From the IMG/VR virus record IMGVR_UViG_3300037153_000398: DNA of 64,000 nt; one strand, written 5' to 3'. Below the pieces are notes generated by a model. The model was not told the origin of the DNA, made no database searches, and saw only the letters and a program-made list of their open reading frames with translations. Of this stretch, positions 55,187 to 63,725 are shown piece by piece. Position numbers and translations under genes: made by a program. The first letter of the stretch is position 1, and the number at the start of each line of letters is the position of its first letter. The DNA is from an uncultured virus (IMG/VR IMGVR_UViG_3300037153_000398). Lineage: Duplodnaviria; Heunggongvirae; Uroviricota; Caudoviricetes.

Positions 55187-56549
55187 GGCTTGGCCTGTTG
55201 TCGTTGCTGATCGGCTGACCGCCAGCGGGCGGCGGTGCCGCTGGCGCGTTCGGTCCCGGCGCGCTCGGGATCGCGGCGGCAGCGGACAAGGGCACGACTT
55301 GTTGCTGCACACGCGGCTCGCTGCCGTATGGAACGGCTTCAAGATTCTCTTGGGCACGCGCTTCGTTCGGCGCGTAGATGCCGCCCTGCACACCGCGCGC
55401 CAGCGACTCGATGCGATCCTTCAGCGACGAGCGCAGCAGCGCATCGGTCGAGAATTCGACGTACTCATCGGGCTGGCCGGCGTTGAGCCCGAACAACAAA
55501 CCGAAAGCTTCCTCGATGTGATTGAGCGCAAAGCCGAGCCCGGTGGCAATCCATGACTGCATCAGCACTTCGGTCGAGCTGTAGGCCGTCGTCCCGAGCC
55601 CAAGAATTTGCAGCGGCACGCGATAGGCCAGCGCGACGTGCTGATCAGACAGCTTCATCATCTCGGCAATCTCGGCATCCTTGCCCGAGACGCCCCACGG
55701 CTGCACCTTCAAGCCTGCGGTCAGGATCGGCGTGCCGCCCGCGTAGATCGCCCTTGATTGCTCGTTCCAACGGTCGCGCAACGCTTGAACCTGATCCTTG
55801 TCGAGCACGAGGTCGGTCGACAGCACCGCCGAGGGTCGGGCCTGATTGTTGTAGAAGCCGACCTGTTGCTTCAACATCGCTTCCATCGTCAGCACGTCGC
55901 CATACGCCGCCATCAGCGGCGTCTCGCCGACCAGCGGATACGGCCAGCGCGAGCGCGAGACGTGCAGACGGAAGTGCAGAACGTCGCGGGCGGGCACCAA
56001 CACCGGCTCATTGCCGATGCGGTAGTTGACGACGTGATTGCCGCCCATGCGGTAGAAGACATCGCCGGTCGTTGCGACCTGCGGCCACGACAGCATCGGA
56101 TTCATGATGTGCAGTTGGGCTATCTCGTAGCGCGCGTTGCGGATCGCCAGCGCGTAGCCGTTGCCCTGCAGATACATGCAGCGGACCATATTGAGCAAAA
56201 AGTCCGACGTGGTCTGATAATCGTTCGGCTGTTTGAGAATGCGCGACAGCGACGAAGTCGTGACGCGGTCGCGCCCGCCGTCGTCGCGCTTACGCCAATG
56301 ATCGCCGGGGCACATAGCGATGGTCTGCGCGTAAGCCGAGATGCACGCTTCGACGATGGCAGACTGCGCGGTTTGCGGAATCGGCAGGCCCCCGCACTGC
56401 CACCAATTCCACACGCTGCCGACTTCCTGCGGCAACCATCCGCCAGTTATCGGGAGCCACCACGGGCCGGGCGTGTAATCGCCATCCGCTCGCGTTCGCA
56501 AGCGGCCTAGCGCGCCAGCGGCCCGTGACAGCAATGCAGGCAGACGCAT
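55113..56549 (-). CDS. HK97-family portal protein
   Basis: VEACISAYAQTIA...ILKQPNDYQT...GNGYA...DVLHFR...PNEARA. Confidence 0.92.
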   Translation of the reverse strand: MRLPALLSRAAGALGRLRTRADGDYTPGPWWLPITGGWLPQEVGSVWNWWQCGGLPIPQTAQSAIVEACISAYAQTIAMCPGDHWRKRDDGGRDRVTTSSLSRILKQPNDYQTTSDFLLNMVRCMYLQGNGYALAIRNARYEIAQLHIMNPMLSWPQVATTGDVFYRMGGNHVVNYRIGNEPVLVPARDVLHFRLHVSRSRWPYPLVGETPLMAAYGDVLTMEAMLKQQVGFYNNQARPSAVLSTDLVLDKDQVQALRDRWNEQSRAIYAGGTPILTAGLKVQPWGVSGKDAEIAEMMKLSDQHVALAYRVPLQILGLGTTAYSSTEVLMQSWIATGLGFALNHIEEAFGLLFGLNAGQPDEYVEFSTDALLRSSLKDRIESLARGVQGGIYAPNEARAQENLEAVPYGSEPRVQQQVVPLSAAAAIPSAPGPNAPAAPPPAGGQPISNDNRPSRDDIQREARNVIAAAARSRRRRIA

Positions 56550-56878
56550 CAGCTCGACGCCCCGCCGTGATGTTGCGTCCCGCGCGACGGGCCTGGACCT
56601 GCGGTGCGGGTCTGGTAGCCGGCGTCCGGCTTGTTGCCGGCCGGCTCCAAGGCCCGCGCGTTGCGCAGGACGGCAGGGTCGGGACCGCTGCCGTCGTCTT
56701 CCTTGTGCGCCACGCTCGCACCACACGCCGCAAGATCGCACTCTTGCTGCGTCGGCGTCGGCTTGACGTTTTGCCGCTTCGTCACGGCCTCGACCGTCTT
56801 TTCCTTGTCGGCGGTCGACTTCGCGACTTGCTCCTTCGCGGCGGCGTCGTGCTTCTCCTGCACGTCTTTGTCAGCCAT
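56549..56878 (-). CDS. hypothetical protein
   Basis: AGGAAGG RBS; PTPTQQECDLAA...DGS.PD...YQTR. Confidence 0.7.
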   Translation of the reverse strand: MADKDVQEKHDAAAKEQVAKSTADKEKTVEAVTKRQNVKPTPTQQECDLAACGASVAHKEDDGSGPDPAVLRNARALEPAGNKPDAGYQTRTAGPGPSRGTQHHGGASS

Positions 56879-56957
56879 GAGTAACCTTCCTTTCTAGGCT
56901 GCAGCCTCTTTTAGAATGGTCGCGGGCTTGCGTTGTTTTTGTTGTTTGTTTGGTCGC

Positions 56958-59885
56958 TTAGGCCCACGTCACTCCGGACATCCACTGCACCATGCCGGGA
57001 CGGCGGTAGGCCCAGTTCATCGGTAGCAGCATTCGAACGCCAATCGTATCCGTCTGCCAGAGCGAACGAGTCGGAACGGCAGGGACAGGCGTGCCGGTGG
57101 TGCCGCCGATGATGGCGAGCGGAGCCGTATCTTCCATGTGAAGGACAGCCTGATCGCTCACGTCGAAGCGCGGAGCGGCTTCGGTGACGCTGGCGAAGTC
57201 AGCGCAGTCCAAGAGGATCATCGTGCCCGCCGGCACGCTTGCCGACTTCACGATGGGGAACGACATCAACGTGCCGCGCGCGATTTCCTCGCGGAACGGC
57301 AGGATGCCGACAGTGGTCGGAGTCAACGCCGCAGCCGCGACCAGGGACGGCGACATCAGCCACACCGGATCGCGCAGATTGCCCAACGTCGACACATTCA
57401 ACGCATCGATTAGCAACTTGATGTCGCCGATCAGCGCGTTGATGCCGCCGCCAGCGGTCGGCGTCAGCCCGGTGGTGCCGTTGAGCAGGCCGGGCGGCCG
57501 GACGGCGGTCGCCGCGTTCTGGTCGAGCAACACGCTATCGAGCGAGATGGCCGTGTCGTTGGTGATCGCTTCGCGGATCAGCCCTTCGATGGCCGGCGTC
57601 GAGTGTTCGGCCAGCTCGCGGGTGAAGGTCGAGATGACGGCCATCTTTTTGGGCGTCAACTGGACGGTCGCGAACGCGCCTTGACGCACCGGGATGGGCG
57701 CGCCTTCGCCGACGAACGAGCCGGCGATTTGCGGCGTCTGATTACGCATCGGCAGGTTGATCACGCCGTTGCGTCCGAAGGTGAAGCTCTGGCCGCGTCG
57801 CGCAATCTCGGGGAAGACCGAGAACGGCAACAGGGCTTCGATGAAGTCCGTCCACACCTGCGTCACGAGTTCGGCCGCCCATCCCGGCGCAACGATGGTC
57901 GCCGGCACGGAAGCGTTGCGCGTGACAAGGTTCATCACGGTGCGCGTCGCTTCGTCCTCGCCGTAGTGCTCTTTCAGGATTTCGAGGATCGGGCGCTTGT
58001 GCTGTTCGTGATGGTGGATGACCTGCAGAGTGAGCGCGCGCCACATGTAGTCTTGCGGCCGAACCTTCTTCGCAGGGATGGCGAACGGACGCGGGTGAGC
58101 GACCGCAAGGGTGCCTTCACCGCCACCACCGCCGCCGTTCTGATACAGCATGACGTTGCGGGCCTCGATGTGCTCGGGGCCGACACTCGCCACCGCAAGA
58201 CGCGCTTCGGCTTCCTGCAAGGTCGCCAGCGTCTTGTCTTCCTGTGCGATCCGCGCGTTCAGCTCTTGCGTGGTCGCCATATCGGCGTCGCTGACGTTTT
58301 CGTCATTGACGTTTTTCAGATGCTCCGTGAGTTGGTCCTGATAGCGCACCAATCGCTGTTGCGATGCCTGGATGCGCTGGCCCAACGGCGAATTGCCGTT
58401 CATGGCTCGTCTCTCAAAGCGAGAGGGGTCGTGGCGGGCTTGCCGGTGGTTTCGCCGACGACGCGCGCTATCGCCTTGTTTGCTGCCGGGCTTGGCAAAG
58501 ACGATGTCGAGCGTTGCGGACGAAATGTTGAGAGACTTCGCAACAGACAAAGCGTTCGGATTGGCCGGAACGCTGACCAGCGAAGTCTCGACTAGCTCTT
58601 GTTTCAGATACCGCTCGCCGCCGAAGGGGTTGCCCTTTTGCAGCGGCTCGGATTCGAGCGCGCGGAATCCGACCGACACCGCCTTGAGGATGCCGGCGTC
58701 GATCAGCTTGCGGATTTCATCGATGCGCGGCGACGTGCCGGCCGGCGCGAGCTGCAGATGGCCGCGCAGCGCGCCCTTGTCGACGCGCAGATTGGCCCAT
58801 TTGCCAATCGGAAAATCCGAGTGATGGTTGAACAGCGCGATGGGATTTTTCTTGAAGTTCTCCAAATCCCATCCGGTCGCCGAGATGATGTCGCCCAGGC
58901 GGTCGGGCGTTTCGTCGGACAGAATGAATTCCATCCCGTTGACGGTTTCGGCGTGCGTCTTGTGGCGCACGCGGTTGCCGGCGAACGTGTGCAGCCCGCC
59001 CGGCCGGCCGGGGATGCTGGCCTCTTCCCACATGATCGAGCAGCGGTCGGTCGCGGCGTCTTCGTCGATGTCGTCGTCTTGCTCCATCAAGGCGTTGACG
59101 CAGTCGTCCATCCAGTCGTCGTAATCGTCGACATCCGGATCGGGCGGCTCGACTTGTTTGAGATGCTTGCCGGTGGGATCGGACGTGTCCCACATCAGCC
59201 GGCAGTATTCGTTGGCCGCGTCCTGCGCCATGCCGCTGGTCATGCAATTGAGCACGCAGCGCGACATGAAGCCGGCTTGATCCTCGCCGTTGCTCGGCGC
59301 GTCCTGTTTGACCTTGGCGTTGAGCACGCCCTTTGGCTTCGGCTCGCCCTTTTCGTCGCGCCACATCGTCAGACACGCGGCGACGGCCTGATCCTGCGGG
59401 CGCTTCTGGCCACCGTCCTGCCCCATCATCTCGGGCACGCAGCGGCGCATCCAATCGTCTTGCTTTTCGTCTTTACCGGGCTTGATTGGCATGACGCTCT
59501 CCACAAGGTTGGCGTCGCCGGTCCCCTTCAGCGTCACAGTGTTTGTTTGGTCGCGCGGTTGGCTGCCGCGCAGCTTGAGCAAACGGGCGGCTTCGGCGCG
59601 GATCGCCGACCACGACTGCTGCACCGGGCCGCCGCTCGGGCCGCCGCTGCTGCCGCCGCCGTTGTCGCCGCCACCGCCGCCGCCCTTCGGCTTCGGCGCG
59701 ATCCGCGCGAGCTGCGCTGGCGTGATGCCAAGCCGCAGCGCGACGGCGTCGCTGGCGGCCTTGGCCGCCGCGTCATCGCCATCGTTCAAGATCGGGTTGT
59801 GCAGGTCCGCGTCGCGGCGCTGGTCGTTCTGTTCGTAGAAGAATTCTTGCGCCGGACTACTTTTTCGCTTTGCCGACGTAGGCAT
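56958..59885 (-). CDS. polyprotein ORF: N-terminal accessory peptide + Cys/Trp repeats + HK97 prohead protease + major capsid protein (in-frame starts at 59885, 59492, 58403)
   Basis: SDETPDRLGDII...NPIALFNHH..FPIG...AVSVGF...ETSLVSVPANPNAL protease; FVGEGAPIPV...LTPKKMAVI capsid. Confidence 0.92.
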   Translation of the reverse strand: MPTSAKRKSSPAQEFFYEQNDQRRDADLHNPILNDGDDAAAKAASDAVALRLGITPAQLARIAPKPKGGGGGGDNGGGSSGGPSGGPVQQSWSAIRAEAARLLKLRGSQPRDQTNTVTLKGTGDANLVESVMPIKPGKDEKQDDWMRRCVPEMMGQDGGQKRPQDQAVAACLTMWRDEKGEPKPKGVLNAKVKQDAPSNGEDQAGFMSRCVLNCMTSGMAQDAANEYCRLMWDTSDPTGKHLKQVEPPDPDVDDYDDWMDDCVNALMEQDDDIDEDAATDRCSIMWEEASIPGRPGGLHTFAGNRVRHKTHAETVNGMEFILSDETPDRLGDIISATGWDLENFKKNPIALFNHHSDFPIGKWANLRVDKGALRGHLQLAPAGTSPRIDEIRKLIDAGILKAVSVGFRALESEPLQKGNPFGGERYLKQELVETSLVSVPANPNALSVAKSLNISSATLDIVFAKPGSKQGDSARRRRNHRQARHDPSRFERRAMNGNSPLGQRIQASQQRLVRYQDQLTEHLKNVNDENVSDADMATTQELNARIAQEDKTLATLQEAEARLAVASVGPEHIEARNVMLYQNGGGGGGEGTLAVAHPRPFAIPAKKVRPQDYMWRALTLQVIHHHEQHKRPILEILKEHYGEDEATRTVMNLVTRNASVPATIVAPGWAAELVTQVWTDFIEALLPFSVFPEIARRGQSFTFGRNGVINLPMRNQTPQIAGSFVGEGAPIPVRQGAFATVQLTPKKMAVISTFTRELAEHSTPAIEGLIREAITNDTAISLDSVLLDQNAATAVRPPGLLNGTTGLTPTAGGGINALIGDIKLLIDALNVSTLGNLRDPVWLMSPSLVAAAALTPTTVGILPFREEIARGTLMSFPIVKSASVPAGTMILLDCADFASVTEAAPRFDVSDQAVLHMEDTAPLAIIGGTTGTPVPAVPTRSLWQTDTIGVRMLLPMNWAYRRPGMVQWMSGVTWA

Positions 59886-62241
59886 TAAAGCGGTCCATCG
59901 TCTCGCGGTCGTGAAGGTCTATGACGCCGTTCCAGTCGGTGCCGAGCAGCAGGTCTTTGCCGTGCGCGGAATCGGCAATCGACCAAATCGCTTTCGGGTC
60001 GCCGCTATCGGCAAGGTCGCGAAGCACGCTGGCTTCGTCTTCGTCGATGTCGCCCGAGTCAGTCTCGACGTTGGGCAGCTCGCCGTTGTTGGACGCCCAC
60101 CGAAACTTGTCGCGGTCGCTCATCGCATCCCACGACTCGTTCTGAAAATCATCGACGCTGTCGCTGAAGTCTGGCGGGTCGACATCGCTGCGGTCGCGCT
60201 CGGCCTGATCGTTGAAGGCGTCGACCAGCGCGCCCTCGATGTCGTGGCGCATGTCGTCGGTCAGCTTGTCGCGGTCGGCTTCGGGCAGCGCCGTTTCGTC
60301 AATGGTGATGTCCGGATCGGCGCGGCCGTCGTCGTAGCGGTCGCTGTAGTCGCCGACCGACAAGGCATCGTGAATTTGCTGATCGCTAAACGGGATGGCG
60401 TCGGCGCGGCCGGCGCGCAGCTTGTCGAGCGCGGCCGACATCCACTTCGGCGGCTCGTTGGCGTCGGCGAGCGCCTGCGTCAGATTTTCCTTGGCTTGGT
60501 GCAGGTCGCCGCCGTTGTCGCGCCAATTGTCCGCTTCGCTCTGTTCGAATTCGTCGCGCGTGTCGCGCTTCCAGGCGTCGCGAACATTGTCTTGCTGATC
60601 GCTTGTCAGCTCATCCCAACTCGACGGCTCGTAGCCGCCACCGCCGCCGATCTTGTCGCGGATGTCCGACGACAAGCTGGACCACGAATCGTCGGTCGGG
60701 ACGTAACCATACTTGGCCCAGGCATAGCCGCCGACATCGATGTCGGCATGGACTTCGACTTCGTCGAGCCCGAGTTTTTGGTACATGTCGACATTGGCCT
60801 TGAGCACCTGCTTTCCGATGTCGCCGCCCGTGTGGCCGTGATTGAGCGCGAAATAATCGCTCGATGCTTTGTTGTTAAGAAAATCGATGGTGCGCGTGTA
60901 GGTGCCGATGCTGTTGCCGTTCTCTTTGTCGAGAATCTTGCCGTTGATCGAAATGTTGTTCTCGTAAGGCTCGGCGTGCTCGGAGTCGTAATTAAAATTG
61001 ACCCGCATGGTGCAGGGCACGTTGCCCATGAAGTCTTTCTTGAATTGCTCGGGCGCTTCGGCGACGTGCGCATCCCACTCTTCGAGAAATTTTTTCGACT
61101 TCTCCGGATCGCTGGTCGTGTCGGAATCAACTTCGACCTTGCCCTTGCTGAAGTCGGCCATCTCGATAGGCGTCTTCACGGGCGGCAGCTCGGGGAAGAG
61201 CCCCGGAAACATCTCCATCTGCGTCATCGCCGTCGTCGGCGCGACGGGCTTGGGCTCGGCTGCTGCGGCGTGCGTGTCGTCGAGCGCCTTCAGGGCTGCG
61301 GTCTGCGCCGCGATGCCCTCTTCGTAGGTCGCGACCGGCTTGCCATCGCCGCGCTTGTATTCCTGCGCGTGCGCCGGGTCGTAGACCATGAAGACAACAT
61401 CGGGCTTGCCGTTGTTGAATTCCTTGAACGTCTCCGCATTCCAGCCGGCCGGCGCGAATTTCGGATTGAACGGCAACCGCGCGACGGCGCGGAATCCGGA
61501 TCGGCTGTAGAGCTTCGGCAGCACGGTATCGAAGGCGTCGAGCCTGCGCCCGCCGTTCTGCGTCGCCAGTGCCAGCGCCGACTGCGCAAAGCCGGTGAGC
61601 TGCGCGCCGGGATGCTTGAAGACCGACACGATGTTGTCGTCGGCGAGCGCGAAGCCGGCCTTGCCGTCCGACGTGAGGAACGGCCGCATGAAGGCGTATT
61701 CGGCACCGGAATGCGCTTCGACCGACGCGCCGTAGGGATTGGCCGCTTGCGCCGCCTTGATGGCGTCCTCGAAGCGACCCGCGCCTTGCGTCGGTTTTAG
61801 TTCGTGAAAAGTGACCGGCGTGCGCCCGGTCGCCTGCCAGTCCGCGCGCGCGGGACCATGCAGCGACCAGACGGTTTTTACATCCCCGCTGCCTTCAGCA
61901 TTTCCAGGGCCTTTTCCGCTGAAAGCCCCGGCGTATCCCGCATAACGGCCTCCACCAACTTCCGGTCGGCCGGATGCAGGTTCGCCAGCGGATGCGGCTC
62001 CGTCGTCGGCAGCAGCGGCTTCGCTTCCGCCGTCGCCGTCACTTCCGCCGCCGCCTCCCGTCCATTGGCCATGTTCGTCTCGCGGTTCGCCCGGATCAAA
62101 GCCGGCGCGCAGCTTGAGAAGCTGCGCAGACTCGGCGCGGATCGCCGCCCATTGGCGGGCGCGGTCATCGCCGTCTGTAATATGGGGCGACGCGCCGGGC
62201 AAGCCACGGGCGCGGCCCGGCTCGGGCAAGGCCGTTTGCAC
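59857..62241 (-). CDS. polyvalent head-region protein with two GNAT-like domains and acidic insert
   Basis: FDPGEPRDEHGQW motif; DGKAGFAL..DNIVSVF...GGRRLDAFDTVLPKLYSRSGF; HGHTGGDIGK...ADIDVGGYAWAKYGY; start codon uncertain. Confidence 0.7.
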   Translation of the reverse strand: MQTALPEPGRARGLPGASPHITDGDDRARQWAAIRAESAQLLKLRAGFDPGEPRDEHGQWTGGGGGSDGDGGSEAAAADDGAASAGEPASGRPEVGGGRYAGYAGAFSGKGPGNAEGSGDVKTVWSLHGPARADWQATGRTPVTFHELKPTQGAGRFEDAIKAAQAANPYGASVEAHSGAEYAFMRPFLTSDGKAGFALADDNIVSVFKHPGAQLTGFAQSALALATQNGGRRLDAFDTVLPKLYSRSGFRAVARLPFNPKFAPAGWNAETFKEFNNGKPDVVFMVYDPAHAQEYKRGDGKPVATYEEGIAAQTAALKALDDTHAAAAEPKPVAPTTAMTQMEMFPGLFPELPPVKTPIEMADFSKGKVEVDSDTTSDPEKSKKFLEEWDAHVAEAPEQFKKDFMGNVPCTMRVNFNYDSEHAEPYENNISINGKILDKENGNSIGTYTRTIDFLNNKASSDYFALNHGHTGGDIGKQVLKANVDMYQKLGLDEVEVHADIDVGGYAWAKYGYVPTDDSWSSLSSDIRDKIGGGGGYEPSSWDELTSDQQDNVRDAWKRDTRDEFEQSEADNWRDNGGDLHQAKENLTQALADANEPPKWMSAALDKLRAGRADAIPFSDQQIHDALSVGDYSDRYDDGRADPDITIDETALPEADRDKLTDDMRHDIEGALVDAFNDQAERDRSDVDPPDFSDSVDDFQNESWDAMSDRDKFRWASNNGELPNVETDSGDIDEDEASVLRDLADSGDPKAIWSIADSAHGKDLLLGTDWNGVIDLHDRETMDRFNAYVGKAKK
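61878..62072 (-). CDS. nested out-of-frame small ORF (64 aa)
   Basis: MANG...LHPADRKLVEAVMRDTPGLSAEKALEMLKAAGM amphipathic helical, overlapping a low-complexity linker of the host ORF. Confidence 0.35.
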   Translation of the reverse strand: MANGREAAAEVTATAEAKPLLPTTEPHPLANLHPADRKLVEAVMRDTPGLSAEKALEMLKAAGM

Positions 62242-62298
62242 GTCCGAATTCCCTTGTTTTTCAGCGGTTCCGCCAAGGCAATAAAGATCGTGGCCGCC

Positions 62299-62599
62299 TT
62301 GAAGGGGCCATTTTGGCCCCCCATATTATTCCTTGGAAGGGGCCATATAGGTCCCTGGTTCACCGCCGGACACGGCCCCTTCGCGGCCTTTGCAAGTCCG
62401 GTGCGCCTCTCCAAGCCGTCAGCCCGCCGAAGCCAGTAGGCCAAAGGAAGATCGGGAAACGCGCCGTGAGAAGCCCCGTCTAATACGAGGCGGACTCCAA
62501 CAAGACACCACTGACGGCGGCGCGCGGATCGCGCCGTCTCACAGTGTTGCACTTGCAATGCTCGCCGCGACACGCGGCGTTCTCAAACGGAGTCACACA
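62299..62599 (+). promoter_or_regulatory. promoter and structured leader of AAA operon
   Basis: TTGAAG-N17-CATATT; GAAGGGGCCAT twice; stems CCGGAC/GTCCGG and GCCGTCAG/CTGACGGC; hairpin cluster and AACGGAGTCACACA before ATG. Confidence 0.5.
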
Positions 62600-63625
62600 A
62601 TGGAAACCGCAAACATCCTCGAAAATCTTTTCGAGGTCAGCATGGACCGCGCTGCGATCCTGTTGCGGCACTACACCGACGCGGGCCAGCCGGTTTTTCT
62701 TTGGGGCAAGCCCGGCATCGGCAAGACCGACATCGCGCATCAGCTCGGCGCGGAGACGAAGCGCAAGGTCATCGAATTCCATGCCGCGCTACGCGAGCCG
62801 GTCGACGTGCGCGGCGTGCCGAGCGTGGTCAACGGCCTGACACGCTGGAACGTGCCCGACGAATTGCCGCGCGTCGAGCGCGACGGCGAAGAGGGCTATC
62901 TGTTCCTCGACGAATACAATCAAGCCTCGCTGCAGATGCAGTCGGTGCTTGGCGGGCTGGTCCTCTACGGCACGGTCGGCGACTACCGGCTGCCGAAAGG
63001 CTGGCGCATCATTGCGGCGGGCAATCGCGTCAGCGACCGCGCCGCTGCGCAACGGATGCCCTCGCACATCAAGGGCCGCTTCGTTCACATCGCGTGCGTC
63101 GCGAACGTCAAGGCGTGGGCCGATTGGGCGACCAAAAACGGCGTCGCCCCGGAAGTCGTCGCCTTCGTTCGCTTCCGGCCCGAGCTGCTGCACCGGATGC
63201 CGCGCGGCGACGAAGCGGCATATCCGTCGCCCCGCACTATCGTTCGCGCCGCCAAGCATGTGAATGCGCCGGCCGAGATTCGTCAGCAACTCTTCGCAGG
63301 CGCAATCGGCTGCGATGTCGCTGGCGAGCTGGAAGGCTACATTCGGCTTTATCGCTCCATCGGGACGCTCGAAGACATCGTCGCGCATCCTGACACGGCG
63401 ACCATCCCGACCGAGCCGTCCGAACGGTACGCGGTCTGCACCGGGCTCGCGCGTCTCGCGACGCGAAAGAACTTCAGCAACATCATCAAATACGCCGACC
63501 GCTTGGCCGGCGAGCCGAAGATGTTGCTCGTTCACGACGCCACCACGCGCGACCCGTCGCTGAAAGAGACGGCCCATTACTCGAAGTGGGCGGTCGAGAA
63601 CGGCGACATGATCCTGCAGTCGTGA
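62600..63625 (+). CDS. MoxR-like AAA+ ATPase (AAA_5)
   Basis: WGKPGIGKT, DVRGVP, LFLDEYNQA, AAGNR, PSPRT. Confidence 0.88.
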   Translation: METANILENLFEVSMDRAAILLRHYTDAGQPVFLWGKPGIGKTDIAHQLGAETKRKVIEFHAALREPVDVRGVPSVVNGLTRWNVPDELPRVERDGEEGYLFLDEYNQASLQMQSVLGGLVLYGTVGDYRLPKGWRIIAAGNRVSDRAAAQRMPSHIKGRFVHIACVANVKAWADWATKNGVAPEVVAFVRFRPELLHRMPRGDEAAYPSPRTIVRAAKHVNAPAEIRQQLFAGAIGCDVAGELEGYIRLYRSIGTLEDIVAHPDTATIPTEPSERYAVCTGLARLATRKNFSNIIKYADRLAGEPKMLLVHDATTRDPSLKETAHYSKWAVENGDMILQS

Positions 63626-63629
63626 TGAT

Positions 63630-63725
63630 CGCTACAGGCCGGCGCTTCGTTGCGCCGGCCGATAGTGTTCACCCGAACGCTGCCCGGCAAACGGGCCTTT
63701 CAACTTCCAACGGAGTCACACAACA
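63630..63725 (+). repeat. second copy of three-hairpin + AACGGAGTCACACA leader
   Basis: GGCCGGCGC/GCGCCGGCC, AGTGTTC/GAACGCT, GCCCG/CGGGC then AACGGAGTCACACAACAATG. Confidence 0.55.

Noticed and set aside
62508..62545. Hammerhead ribozyme or c-di-GMP riboswitch in the AAA leader
   Set aside because: CTGA is not followed by the NGA...GAAA core in the right arrangement, and riboswitch consensus elements were not found
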